From: Pseudomonadota bacterium
GTDB lineage: Bacteria > Myxococcota_A > UBA9042
DNA: 59,353 nt
Assembly: GCA_005777155.1 (NCBI GenBank)
Contig: SXNM01000318.1
Location: forward strand, 1 to 59,353
Direction of reading: 5' to 3'
Shown here: positions 35,539 to 45,634 of the stretch, one piece after another
How positions within the stretch are numbered: position 1 is the stretch's first letter
Layout: each line of letters opens with the position of its first letter
Notes under the pieces: generated by a model
What the model was told of the DNA's origin: nothing
The model's database searches: none
Seen by the model: only the letters and a program-made list of their open reading frames with translations
Translations under genes and position numbers: made by a program

Positions 35539-37118
35539 GCGATTATGCTTGCGACTGGCGATCTTACGGCCATATCGCGTTTCAGGAGCGCGGCTCTGTG
35601 GCGCTTGAGGCCGATTATGTCGTGGTCGGCAGCGGTCCCGGCGGCTCTGGCGCGGCCCTAGTCTTGGCCCGCGCTGGCTTTGAGGTCTGCGTCGTCGAGG
35701 CTGGGCCTTGGCGCGATCCCGGCGACTATCCCGAGTCGATGCTCGGCGCCATGCGGGACATGATGCCAGACTGGGGCGCCACCGTGGCCGTCGGCGACTC
35801 GATCATGCCGATCGTGCAGGCGGCGGTGGTCGGCGGCGGCACGGTCATCAACTCGGCGATCATGGTGCGGACACCCGACGACGTGCTGGCCGACTGGCGT
35901 GAGCGCCACGGGCTCGGCGACCTCTTCGATGAGCGAGCGATGGGCCTGCAGCATGACGCGGTGGATCGCGAGCTCGCCGTCCAGCGCACGCCCGAGGGGG
36001 CGAACTTCGGCTCCAACAACGCGATGCTACTCAGCGCCTTGCAGCGGCGTCAGCTCGGCGGCAAGGCCATCCTCCGCAACGTCGTTGGCTGCCAGGGTTC
36101 GAGCTCCTGCTTGCAAGGATGCCGCGCGGGCGCCAAGCAGAGCGCCAACCTCGGCTGGCTGCCGGAGGTCATCGCCCGAGGCGGGACCGTCATCTCGTGC
36201 GCCCGCGTCGACCGAGTCGTCTTCGAGCGCGGCGTCGCCGTCGGTGTCCGCGGACGCTCTCGGCACCCTCGCACCCGCGTGCTCGGCGCCGCCGTCGACG
36301 TGCGCGCCAGACGGGGGGTGGTGATCGCGGCCTCGGCAGTCCAAACGCCCTTGATCTTGCAACGCTCCGGCATTCGCCTGCCGGCGCTTGGGCGACATTG
36401 GCGGGTCCACCCAGGGGCCGCCGTCGTCGGGGTCTACGATCATCCCGTCGACATGCAGCGCGGCGCGACCCAAGGCACCGCGAGCGTCCACTTCCGCGAC
36501 GGCATCGCGATCCAGGACGGGAGGCCTATCGCTGGAACAGGCGAGAATGGCATCAAGATAGAGAGCTTGGCGCTTCCGCTGGAGCTGCTTGCTGGGCGCG
36601 CCGCGGGCGCGGGGCAGGCCCTTATTGAGCGTCTCCGCGACGCCCGTCACCAGGCGGTCTGGATCTCTGCCGTGCGCGCCGAAGCGGAGGGCACCTGCCG
36701 GCTCGGGCTCTTCGGTCAGGCGGACGTCCGCTACAAGCCGACTCAACGCGACCTCCGGGCGCTGCGCGCTGGCAGCCATCTCCTCGCCGCGCTCCATTTT
36801 GAGTCTGGCGCCCGCTTGGTTCGGCCGGGCGTTGTGGGGCTCCCGGCGGAGATTGCGCCCGATCAGCTGCCCTTGTTGGCCGAGGCGCCGCTCGACAACC
36901 GTTGCTGGACCTGGGTGCTGAGTCACCTCTTCGGTGGCGCCGTCATGGGCAACGACCCGCAACGATCGGTGGTCGCGCCTGACCTTCACGTGCGCGGGGT
37001 GCGTCGGCTGCACGTCGCCTGCGCCGCCGCGCTGCCCACGACGCTCGGCGTCAATCCGCAGCACACCATCCTGGCCGTCGCTCGCATCCTCGCGGAACGG
37101 CTTGCCAACGGCGCGTGA
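35535..37118 (+). CDS. GMC family FAD-dependent oxidoreductase
   Basis: ADYVVVGSGPGGSGAALVLARAG (FAD GxGxxG) and the C-terminal HLFGGAVMG...LHVACAAALPTTLGVNPQHTILAVA. Confidence 0.9.
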   Translation: MSDYACDWRSYGHIAFQERGSVALEADYVVVGSGPGGSGAALVLARAGFEVCVVEAGPWRDPGDYPESMLGAMRDMMPDWGATVAVGDSIMPIVQAAVVGGGTVINSAIMVRTPDDVLADWRERHGLGDLFDERAMGLQHDAVDRELAVQRTPEGANFGSNNAMLLSALQRRQLGGKAILRNVVGCQGSSSCLQGCRAGAKQSANLGWLPEVIARGGTVISCARVDRVVFERGVAVGVRGRSRHPRTRVLGAAVDVRARRGVVIAASAVQTPLILQRSGIRLPALGRHWRVHPGAAVVGVYDHPVDMQRGATQGTASVHFRDGIAIQDGRPIAGTGENGIKIESLALPLELLAGRAAGAGQALIERLRDARHQAVWISAVRAEAEGTCRLGLFGQADVRYKPTQRDLRALRAGSHLLAALHFESGARLVRPGVVGLPAEIAPDQLPLLAEAPLDNRCWTWVLSHLFGGAVMGNDPQRSVVAPDLHVRGVRRLHVACAAALPTTLGVNPQHTILAVARILAERLANGA

Positions 37119-37203
37119 CATCGCGACGACCCCCGGCTATGGTCGCCGTCGAGCGGCGTGCGCGTCCACAGTACGCGCCGACCGGACGCAAGGAGGGGGC
37201 GAG

Positions 37204-37830
37204 ATGACGGACCTGCAGGGGGCGCTTCGCGCTGGGGCGACGATTGACGCGATCGCCGCTGCGCTCGATGCGCTCGACCACCAAGAGCGTGTGCGTCAGA
37301 CGCGGGCGCTGCGACCGGCGGACCAAGCGACCCTCTACCGCCTGGCTGAGGGCCGACACACCAACCTCGACTTCTTCGTGCCTGCAGGCACTCCGTTCGG
37401 CGTAGAGGTAGTCCATGAAGGCATCAACACCCTTCCGGTGATCGGTGGTCCCTTTCAGAAGCGTTTCGCCCGCGACCCGGACGATCCTGGACGCCTGCTC
37501 GGCTATAACCACAACAACAGCGGCATCGTCTCGCACCTGTTCTTTGTCACCGGCCCTGGCTATTTCGTCGTCCGCGAGACCGGGAGCACGAGTCCAGATG
37601 GCCGCACGGACCACGGCGGCCAGCTCTTCATCAACTACTATGAACAGCCTGCGGTTGCCCCGGTCGCCTCTTGGCCCCACCCCAAGCCGCCGATGGCCTT
37701 CACCGCCGGATTGGTCTGGGGCCAAATGTCCGACTATATGTGGCGGGTCTCAGCGCATGTCTCGATCGGTACGGCGTTCAAGAAGGGGCGGCCTCTTCAG
37801 CAGTACTTCGTCCTCGTCCGGTCGGCCTAG
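37204..37830 (+). CDS. Hypothetical protein
   Basis: ATG 37204 is preceded by AGGAGGGGG. 208 aa with coding-like GC3. No family recognised. Confidence 0.55.
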   Translation: MTDLQGALRAGATIDAIAAALDALDHQERVRQTRALRPADQATLYRLAEGRHTNLDFFVPAGTPFGVEVVHEGINTLPVIGGPFQKRFARDPDDPGRLLGYNHNNSGIVSHLFFVTGPGYFVVRETGSTSPDGRTDHGGQLFINYYEQPAVAPVASWPHPKPPMAFTAGLVWGQMSDYMWRVSAHVSIGTAFKKGRPLQQYFVLVRSA

Positions 37831-37949
37831 CCTCGCAGGCGGTCGAGGCGCGCACCTCGTGGTGGCTGAGCCGGGTTGCGGGGTCGGTCAGCCCTTGCGC
37901 GCTGCGTGTTCGCCTGCGCCAGCCGAGATCCCTGTTCCCACGCTGGCGC

Positions 37950-37977
37950 TTGCATCGCGGCCCTGAGGTGCTAGACT
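37950..37977 (+). promoter_or_regulatory. Possible sigma70-like promoter
   Basis: TTGCAT (37950-37955), 16 nt, TAGACT (37972-37977), about 200 nt upstream of the 38181 ORF. Motif match only. Confidence 0.3.
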
Positions 37978-38180
37978 GTGGAGGTCGCAAAGCGTTCGGG
38001 CCGAAGAACGGTCGGGGCCTATGCGACGGTCGTCAATCGCCAATGCACAGGAAGAGCGCGAGTTTCTCGCGTCGAGGCCACCGGTGTGTGACGACGGGGA
38101 CCGGCAAGCTCGCCTGAACAGAGTCCGCCGAGCCTGCCCCTCTCCCTTACACCAACTGGGCCCCAGTCGCTCGCCACTTC

Positions 38181-39590
38181 GTGAGCGGCGGACGCCACCC
38201 CGACGCGGTGGCTGTGGGCCCGTGGAGCGTCCCTTTGACTCCAGCGTTGATCGACGTACATGTGCGTTCCGCCACGGGCGGCGACGCCAACCAATGGCCT
38301 CAACTGGCGCAGGCCGCCGGCCTCGACGGGCTGGTGGTAGTGGCGCTGGATTTGCCGCCGCAGCACCCGACCGGTCGGCGCGACGGCGTGCAGTTTTTCT
38401 GCGGCGTAGAGCTCGACACCGACGTTGGTCGGTTGATCTGCATCCCGGCCGAAGACGACGTCTGGTTTCGGGGCGCGGGATGGCGTGCGTTGCACCGTGA
38501 CGATCGCGGCTACCTCGCCGTCGAGGTCGGGCGCGAGTTCGCCGAGCGCGGTGGCGCGGTGATCTTGGCGCAGCCCTTTGACCGTGACCTGGACCACATG
38601 GCCTGCGAGGACGCGTTCGGTGCGATCCCTGGCCTAGTCGAGAACTTGGCCGGGGTGGTGGTGGCGAGCGCCGCCAGCCACGCCGCCAGCAACGAGCGGG
38701 CTGTATTGGCGGCGCGACGGACCCGGCTTCGCGCGCTGGGCGGATCGGCCGCCGAGCCCGGCCAAGATCGCTTCGGCGGGGTCGCGACGCTCTTTGCCGA
38801 GTGTCCCGAAGACCAGGCCGGTCTCGTCGCAGCGCTGCGCGGTGGCCGGACGTGGACGGTCGAGCTCGAGTCGCCGTTGACCCTCGGCGGCGCAGATGAA
38901 GAGGACGAGGCAGACGACGACGGCGACAGCGATGAACCGGCCGAGTCGCCGAACTTCTCGCAAGTAGCCTCTGGGAACGTGGCGCGGCCGAGCCCTGCCC
39001 AGGCCAAGGTCCGTCCGCCCAAGCCCGAGCCACCTGCGAAGCTGAAGCGCGCCGAGCGTGAAGACAACCGTGGAAATCGACTAGACATTGCTTTGTTGCG
39101 GCGTCAGCAGTCGCCGGCGCTCGACGATCGCCAGCCTGACATGGACCCCATCGCGCGTGTCTATGGCCTGGCGGATCGGGCGCCCGAGGTGCGCTTCAGC
39201 CACCTGTCCGACGATGAGCTGGACCGGACCAGCGGCAACCGGTCCCGTGGTTCGGACCCCAACATGATGGCGCCGCTCGACTTTCGCGAGATGCGCGCCG
39301 AGCGAGCCCACGTCAATCTGTTGCTCGAGGCGATCGAGGACCGCCGCGAGACCGCCGACGATAGCCTCGCCCTGCGTTTCGCGCTGTTGGCGGTCGAGAA
39401 GGTACAGGGGGGCCTGGAGGGCGCTGGTCGCGGCAGTCACGGCGGGCCGAGTGGCCGCGGCGGCGGTCACCGCGGCGGCCAAGGCGGCCAAGGCGGCCAA
39501 GGCGGGCACGGCGGCCAAGGCGGCCACAGCAGCTACCCAGCTGGCAACGACAGCGACCCGCGCCGCAAGCGGCGTCGGCGCAAGGGATAG
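38181..39590 (+). CDS. PHP-domain-like protein with long disordered acidic/basic C-terminal region ending in GGQ/GGH repeats
   Basis: LIDVHVRSATGGD...AQAAGLDGLVVVALD...FFCGVELDT resembles a PHP N-terminus (iDLHvHs...). The C-terminal half is low complexity (DEEDEADDDGDSDE, GGQGGQGGQGGHGGQGGH, RRKRRRRKG). GC3 is strongly coding. GTG start uncertain. Confidence 0.5.
   Translation: MSGGRHPDAVAVGPWSVPLTPALIDVHVRSATGGDANQWPQLAQAAGLDGLVVVALDLPPQHPTGRRDGVQFFCGVELDTDVGRLICIPAEDDVWFRGAGWRALHRDDRGYLAVEVGREFAERGGAVILAQPFDRDLDHMACEDAFGAIPGLVENLAGVVVASAASHAASNERAVLAARRTRLRALGGSAAEPGQDRFGGVATLFAECPEDQAGLVAALRGGRTWTVELESPLTLGGADEEDEADDDGDSDEPAESPNFSQVASGNVARPSPAQAKVRPPKPEPPAKLKRAEREDNRGNRLDIALLRRQQSPALDDRQPDMDPIARVYGLADRAPEVRFSHLSDDELDRTSGNRSRGSDPNMMAPLDFREMRAERAHVNLLLEAIEDRRETADDSLALRFALLAVEKVQGGLEGAGRGSHGGPSGRGGGHRGGQGGQGGQGGHGGQGGHSSYPAGNDSDPRRKRRRRKG
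39474..39527. repeat. Tandem 9-bp repeat (GGCGGCCAA-like) x6 encoding GGQ/GGH
   Basis: Read directly from the sequence: three perfect units followed by three variant units. Confidence 0.85.
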
Positions 39591-39640
39591 CCGCTCGCGT
39601 TGGTCACCCTACGCGTTTCAGGCATCGCTGCACGAACAGC

Positions 39641-40675
39641 CTAGCCCTCGTCCCCTAACTTCGCCTGCAGGCGACGTAGCTGGGCGATGGCTTCGTCGAT
39701 CTCGGACGCAAAGCGAGTGCGCTGGCTCGGGGTCCAGGTCGGCAGAGTCGTGGAGAGCACACCTTCGATTTTGTCCAGCGCTTGCGCCTGCTGGACCACT
39801 TGGCGCAGGCGGACCTCGGCGTTGCGCCGTCGAGTCCGGTGCACAGGGCGGGATGCGACCGCGCTGTCTTGCTCCGCCTTGACCGCGCGGCTGAGCTCGC
39901 GGACTGACCAACCCTGCTGTCGTGACTGAGCGGCGAGCTGCTCTCTGCTGGACGCGTCGCCGAGCTGGGCGAGCTGACGGAAATGCGAGAGCTGCAGACC
40001 CTTTCGCTGATCAGCTGGCAATTGCTGCCAGCAATTCCAGACCTTGATGTAGCCCCGCAGCGTCGCCGCCGAGAGGCCAAGACGAGCAAGCGCCTCACTG
40101 CGACGCGCAACGAGCGAGTTGAAGCTGCGACCTTTGGAGGAGCTGCGGTCGAAGTAGGCCTCCACATCGCCGCCGAAGAAGGTGTCGACCAGCAGCTGTC
40201 CAACCTCAAGCGCGTGGCGCAGCTGGGCGTAGCGGCCGAGCGTCTCCAGGCGGGCGACGAAGCGGTCGAGATCGGCGTCGCTGACGTCGTCGGCTGCGCT
40301 GAGGTCTGACTCGTTGATCGGCGCGGTCATACGCTCTGTCAGCGGCAGGGAGGCGACGGTCGGCGCGCTCGCCAAGGCCTCCGCCAGTCGCGTCGCCGGG
40401 CCGCTGGGCGGCTCGGCGCTGGAAGCGCTGACTGTTGGCATCGGTGCGTCGGTCGCCGCGGGCGGAAGGGCTACCAACACCACCGACCGACGCGCTGATG
40501 GCAGCGGCGGCGGCCAATCTTCATCTGCCGCGGCGGCTGCTGGCGGCTCGTGGCCGCGTCCAGGCACCAGCTCTACAGGGCGCGAGTCGCCCCGCTCGCG
40601 CAGTGGCGCCTGAGTCGGTGAGAAAAATCCGCTGCGGGGAAGGTCTCGTCGCATCATCGGAAACCACCTGTTCAC
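39641..40675 (-). CDS. Hypothetical protein (possible ParB-like HTH region near C-terminus)
   Basis: 344-aa ORF. ...LSHFRQLAQLGDASSREQLAAQSRQQGWSVRELSRAVK is weakly ParB/KorB-like. The start is uncertain (alternative ATGs at 40441 and 40330). Confidence 0.45.
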   Translation of the reverse strand: MNRWFPMMRRDLPRSGFFSPTQAPLRERGDSRPVELVPGRGHEPPAAAAADEDWPPPLPSARRSVVLVALPPAATDAPMPTVSASSAEPPSGPATRLAEALASAPTVASLPLTERMTAPINESDLSAADDVSDADLDRFVARLETLGRYAQLRHALEVGQLLVDTFFGGDVEAYFDRSSSKGRSFNSLVARRSEALARLGLSAATLRGYIKVWNCWQQLPADQRKGLQLSHFRQLAQLGDASSREQLAAQSRQQGWSVRELSRAVKAEQDSAVASRPVHRTRRRNAEVRLRQVVQQAQALDKIEGVLSTTLPTWTPSQRTRFASEIDEAIAQLRRLQAKLGDEG

Positions 40676-40933
40676 GCAGCGTCGGTGGCCGAAGGCCCGG
40701 TCGCGCAGCGCCCTGCTGAGTAGCCTAGCATCACAGCCCTGAGCCCGTCACGCCCTCGCGACGCCGAGTTCGGTTGCGGGCCTCCGCGAGCGTGGCGCTT
40801 GCGACCTGGCCGCGTCTCAGGCCGCCTGTTTGGGGGCTCGGCGCACTCTCGCCCGAAAACACATGAATTTCCGGCTCTGCGCAGAGAGCGCCGCGACCAA
40901 ATCGGCGTCTGCCGTGCAAAGTCGGACGCGGCG

Positions 40934-42607
40934 CTAGGCGTTGCGTCGTCGCCGCACCTCGGCGATGAGGCCGGCGGTGCTTGCGTCGTGGTCGCCCGAC
41001 GTCTCGCCGCGCAGCTCGGGCCCTATCGCCTTGGCGAGCTGCTTCCCGAGTTCGACGCCCCACTGATCGAAGCTGCAGATATTCCACAAGATTCCCTGGA
41101 AGAAGATCTTGTGCTCGTAGATCGCGATGAGGCGGCCGAGGGCGTGCGGGGTGAGTCGGCCCATCAGCAGCGTCGTCGTCGGGCGATCTCCGGTGAAGAT
41201 CTTGTGGGGTACAAGCGCCTTCGCCGCGTCGCCGACGATTCCGGCCTGCTGCAGCTCGTGCGCGACCTCGTCAGCGGTCTTGCCGCGCAGGAGGGCCTCG
41301 GTCTGAGCGAGGCCGTTGGCGAGCAGCAGCTCGTGGTGGTCGCCGATGGGGTGATTTAGCGCGGTCGCCCATGCGCTGTGCGCGACGAGGATGAAGTCGG
41401 CCGGCACGACATCGCTGCCTTGGTGGAGGAGTTGATAGAAGGCGTGTTGGCCGTTGGTGCCGGGCTCGCCGAAGACGATGGGACCGGTCGGCCACTGGGT
41501 TCTGTCGCCGCTTTGGGTGGTGGTCTTGCCGTTGGACTCCATGTCGGCCTGCTGCAAGTAGGCGGGGAGTCGATGTAGCGACTGATCGTAAGGGAGGACC
41601 GCGAGGCTCTGCAGGCCGAGGAAGTTGCGGTTCCACGCCCCGATAAGGGCCATCTGGGCTGGGATGTTGGCGGCGATCGGCGCCTCAAGGGCGTGCCGAT
41701 CGGCCTCGTGTGCGCCTCGCAGCAGGTCCTCAAAGGCGTCCATGCCGATGGCGCAGGCGACGGAGAGGCCGATGGCCGACCACAGCGAATAGCGGCCGCC
41801 AACCCAATCCCAGAAAGCGAACATCTGGCGCAGGTCAATGCCGAAGTCGCTGACGGCCTTGGCGTTCGTCGAGAGCGCGGCGAAGTGGCGGGCCACTGCT
41901 CCTTGGCCGAGGGCGCCGACGAGCCAGGCGCGCGCGGAGTGGGCGTTGGCCAGGGTCTCTTGGGTCGTGAACGTCTTGGAGGCGACGATAAAGAGCGTGG
42001 TCTCGGGCTGGAGGTCGGCGAGGGTGCCATGGAGGTGGGCGCCATCGACGTTGCTGACGTAGTGGACGCGCAGGCCGGCCTGCCAGTAGGGCTGCAGCGC
42101 CGCCGTCGCCATGGCGGGCCCCAGATCGGAGCCGCCGATGCCTAGGTTGACCACGTCGCGGATGGGCAAATCCGTCGCGCCACGCCACGCCCCGCTCCGC
42201 AGGGCGGTGACGAATTCCCGCATCTGCGCCAGCACGGCGCGGACGTCGGGCATGACGTCTTGACCTCCGACACGCCGGGGGCCGCCGCTGAGGTCGCGCA
42301 GCGCGGTGTGTAGCACGGCGCGGCCTTCGGTGAGGTTGATCGGTTCGCCCTTGACCATCGCCGCCATCGCAGGCGCGAGGCCGCGCTCTTCGGCGAGCGC
42401 GTTGAGGAGCCGGGAGACCTCAGGCGTCACCAGCTGCTTGCTGGGGTCAAAGAGCAGTTCGCCCAGTCGGAGGTGCATGCGTTCAAAACGCCCAGGATCT
42501 TCGCTGAACCAGCGCCGCAGCGCATAGCCTTTTGCCAGCTCGGCGCGCACCAGTAGGCTCTGCTTCTCAAGCGCCTGCCACGCTTGACCCTCGCGGACAT
42601 CGGCCAT
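40934..42607 (-). CDS. pgi: Glucose-6-phosphate isomerase
   Basis: 557 aa with full-length PGI-like sequence (DPSKQLVT, NLGIGGSDLGP, FIVASKTFTTQET, GGRYSLWSAIG, ESNGK, GTNGQHAFYQL). Confidence 0.95.
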   Translation of the reverse strand: MADVREGQAWQALEKQSLLVRAELAKGYALRRWFSEDPGRFERMHLRLGELLFDPSKQLVTPEVSRLLNALAEERGLAPAMAAMVKGEPINLTEGRAVLHTALRDLSGGPRRVGGQDVMPDVRAVLAQMREFVTALRSGAWRGATDLPIRDVVNLGIGGSDLGPAMATAALQPYWQAGLRVHYVSNVDGAHLHGTLADLQPETTLFIVASKTFTTQETLANAHSARAWLVGALGQGAVARHFAALSTNAKAVSDFGIDLRQMFAFWDWVGGRYSLWSAIGLSVACAIGMDAFEDLLRGAHEADRHALEAPIAANIPAQMALIGAWNRNFLGLQSLAVLPYDQSLHRLPAYLQQADMESNGKTTTQSGDRTQWPTGPIVFGEPGTNGQHAFYQLLHQGSDVVPADFILVAHSAWATALNHPIGDHHELLLANGLAQTEALLRGKTADEVAHELQQAGIVGDAAKALVPHKIFTGDRPTTTLLMGRLTPHALGRLIAIYEHKIFFQGILWNICSFDQWGVELGKQLAKAIGPELRGETSGDHDASTAGLIAEVRRRRNA

Positions 42608-42813
42608 GGTCGTCTCCTCACCCTGCGCGGTTGCAGGCGGCGCATGCTAACACGGCTGGATGGTTGCTGGCACCTCAGGCGCCTCGCGCGTGGCCACGTT
42701 GGCGCCAAGGCAGAAGGGCGCTAGGCTCCACGTGCGGGTCGCCGCCGTCGCGACGAGGCAGGCGGCTGGCCCGCTCGCTCGACCCAGGCGTCAATGGTCC
42801 AGACGAGGTCGAC

Positions 42814-44013
42814 ATGGGAACGATGAAGCGGTCTGCGCCGAGGGTGCGCGGCGTGACAGCAGTGACGATCGCCCTCGCCGCCACGATGGGGCCAGGCGCC
42901 GCGCTCGGGGCCTGGCGCTTGTCAGGGCCGCTGACGCCGCCGGCAGATGTCACCGGGACCGCCGCGCAGGCGGACGTCGCCAGCCCGGTCGTGGAGCTCG
43001 ACGCCACTGTCGAGGTGTACGTCGCGGTCGACGGAAATCGACCGCCCGACGGCCAGATCCCAGGCCTCATCTACGACTCTCGCCACGCCGAGTTTGCCCT
43101 CTCTCAGGCGCTCTTTGGGGTCGCGTCTCGAGGCGAGGACGCGCGCGGTGCGCTGCGACTGTGGACCGGCCACGTTCCAGCGCAGATCTATGCCAGTGAG
43201 CCGCGCACCCACTTCGACTGGTCGCTGGTCCAAGAGGCCACGGTCGGCGCCCGCGTCGGGACCACCGCCTGGATCGACGCGGGCCTGCTCCCTTCGCCGC
43301 TCGGCTTTGAGCAGGTCCAAGCGCGCGCGAACTGGCTGTGGTCGGGTTCGCTGCTGCAAGTCGCGACACCCTTCTACTTGATGGGTGGACGTTTGCAGTG
43401 GGCAGCGTCAGAGAACACCACGCTGGAGGTCGGGGTGTATGGCGGCTGGAACCGGATCTCGGCCTCCAACGTCCCCTCGACGTTGCTGGCTCGCGCTTTT
43501 GGCAGCCGGAGCTGGGGCAACTGGCAGCTGCTCATCACGACCGCGCCGACCCGGCCCGACTTCAGCCGCGCTGGCACGGGCGCCGTGCGCGGCTGGATGG
43601 TCGACGGCTGGCTCAGTGCGCCCCTGAGGTCTGGCTTCGAGGTGGCGCTCCAAGTCAACGGCGGGGTCGAAGCCTGGCGCTCTGGCGCCGACCAGCGCCT
43701 CGCCAACTGGGGCGCGGTGAACGCCTGGATGCGCAAGACGCTGGACCGGCACTGGCAGGTGGCGGCCCGCGTCGGCGTCTTTGGCCAAGGGGGCGACTCG
43801 GAGGTGGCCCGAGGCGTGTTGCTCGGCCGGCCATTTTGGCCGACGTCGCGCATCGCCGAAGCCGCGCTTGCGCTGCAGTACCGCGCAAGCGAGGGGCTGA
43901 TGTTGCGCGCGGAGGGGCGGGTCGACCACGCGGCAGACGCCATCTTTGTGCACGCCGATGGCACGGCCTATCAGCGACCCACGGTCGTGCTCGGGGCGAT
44001 CTGGAGCCTGTGA
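42814..44013 (+). CDS. Outer-membrane beta-barrel protein (porin-2 / OmpL-like family)
   Basis: ORF 42532..44013 trimmed to ATG 42814 (MGTMKRSAPRVRGVTAVTIALAATMGPGAALG signal). Alternating beta-strand-like pattern. DAGLLPSPLGFEQV..ANWLWSGS is reminiscent of BBP2 porins. Confidence 0.55.
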   Translation: MGTMKRSAPRVRGVTAVTIALAATMGPGAALGAWRLSGPLTPPADVTGTAAQADVASPVVELDATVEVYVAVDGNRPPDGQIPGLIYDSRHAEFALSQALFGVASRGEDARGALRLWTGHVPAQIYASEPRTHFDWSLVQEATVGARVGTTAWIDAGLLPSPLGFEQVQARANWLWSGSLLQVATPFYLMGGRLQWAASENTTLEVGVYGGWNRISASNVPSTLLARAFGSRSWGNWQLLITTAPTRPDFSRAGTGAVRGWMVDGWLSAPLRSGFEVALQVNGGVEAWRSGADQRLANWGAVNAWMRKTLDRHWQVAARVGVFGQGGDSEVARGVLLGRPFWPTSRIAEAALALQYRASEGLMLRAEGRVDHAADAIFVHADGTAYQRPTVVLGAIWSL

Positions 44014-44860
44014 AGCAGGGTCGGTGCCCCGGCGGCACACCACCAGGATCTCGGCCCCAGCGCCGACGCCGCGTACGGCGGCCAGCGGCCGAGCGGCTTC
44101 GCCAGCGCTAGGCCACGAAGCCTGTGCCGTCAGGCATCGCTCTGCGGTGCGCCGTCCGCTGGCCTAGCCAGAGCAGCCCCCAACTTGGCGGCACCGCCAG
44201 CGTGCGAGCGTCATCAGCGACCAACGGGTCGCTGCTGGGCGCGGGCGAGCGCCAGGACCTCTCGCTCGCTGCCACGGCTCGCGCAGACGCGCCTCCAGCT
44301 GACGGCGATCCTCTTGGAGAGCCAAGGGAACCAATGGATCAACGGGGACTCGCCAGGCGGACGGAGGCCCCTGGTGGACTGCTCCTGCGGGGCAGGTGCG
44401 CTGAGCGCCGGTCACAGACTGCGACCCGGCTGCGGCCACTCCTGTGGGGGCGACTCCCGCGCGCGTCGCGTCGCGAGATCACCAGCAGCACGTCTGCGCG
44501 TCGCTCGTGGTCGGGCGGGGCGGACGGGGTCGCGACGCGTGTCAAACGCCAACAGTCATGGATCCACCCTTTGCCAGCAAAACTGACCCACCCCTGGTCA
44601 GGCATGAGGGCAGCGAATGCGAGCATGCGGGGTCGTGAGCCTTTGGCGACCGCGCCTTTGGCGAACTGGCCGCCCGGCCTCCGACACTACGCCGTCGGTC
44701 TGACTCCTGCCTGCAGGCCAGATCTCGCTGCCAGGCGATCCGGCGCTGGGCTAGAAAAGGCGGCTGAGACTTGGTGAGTGCGCTCGCGTCAGAGCGCGAC
44801 GTTGGGCCGAGAGGCGCCTCCTGGCATCATCGATCGTGCCAGCCGTTTCAGGCCCTTGCA

Positions 44861-44889
44861 TTGACCCAGCCCATGGCCTCTGCTAGAAG
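44861..44889 (+). promoter_or_regulatory. Possible sigma70-like promoter upstream of yajC-secDF
   Basis: TTGACC (44861-44866), 17 nt, TAGAAG (44884-44889). Motif match only. Confidence 0.3.
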
Positions 44890-45044
44890 CCCGGAGCTTC
44901 GCGCCCGCCTGGGCGCTGGTCTTGGGTCTTAGGCTGGAATGTTCGGAGGTTGGGCGGCGCAGCCGGGATCAGAATTCCGGAGCCCTTCGGGGACTCGGGA
45001 GCCTGTCACCGCGACCCGCTCGGCTGGTACTGGATGAGGTCGAG

Positions 45045-45473
45045 ATGGCGCCTTCGGGGTTGGTGGTCGGGTTGGGGACCGGGCTGATGCGCCTGGTGGC
45101 ACAGGCTGATCCTGCGTCGCCCATCGCCAGCAGCGCTGCCGCCGCTGCGTCGCAGGGAGCCGCTAAGGGCCCAGGCATGATGGACATGTTCGGCCAAATG
45201 GCGATCTTCGGTCTGATCTTTCTGGTGTTCTGGCTGTTGGTGCTGCGGCCCCAGCAGAAGCGCCAGAAGGAGCACAAGGCGTTCGTGGATGCCCTGCAGG
45301 TTGGCACCCGCGTCGTGACCAGCAGCGGTATCTTTGGTCGGATCGAGGCGCTCGACGCCGGGACGGTCCAGCTTGAGGTGGCGCCCAAGACCGTGATCAA
45401 GGTGCTGCGGAGCCAGATCGCTGGCATCGAGGGCAAGGCCGCGGAGGCGGTCGCGAGCTTGCAGACGCGCTGA
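45045..45473 (+). CDS. yajC: Preprotein translocase subunit YajC
   Basis: MAIFGLIFLVFWLLVLRPQQKRQKEHKAF...VGTRVVTSSGIFGRI is the YajC signature. The start is uncertain (ATG 45045 with GAGG upstream, or ATG 45087). Confidence 0.85.
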   Translation: MAPSGLVVGLGTGLMRLVAQADPASPIASSAAAAASQGAAKGPGMMDMFGQMAIFGLIFLVFWLLVLRPQQKRQKEHKAFVDALQVGTRVVTSSGIFGRIEALDAGTVQLEVAPKTVIKVLRSQIAGIEGKAAEAVASLQTR

Positions 45474-45634
45474 GGCCAGCCAGGGCGCCGATCAGACACA
45501 GACTGTCCGATGGCGCGCGCAGAAACCGCTTGGCGAGCCCATGGCGGCTGTCAGGACGGTCAGAGGCTGCGGGCGGAGCGGGTGTCGAGCAACGTTGCGC
45601 ATCGGCCGACGGGTCGGTGCAGGGGTGAACGAGG

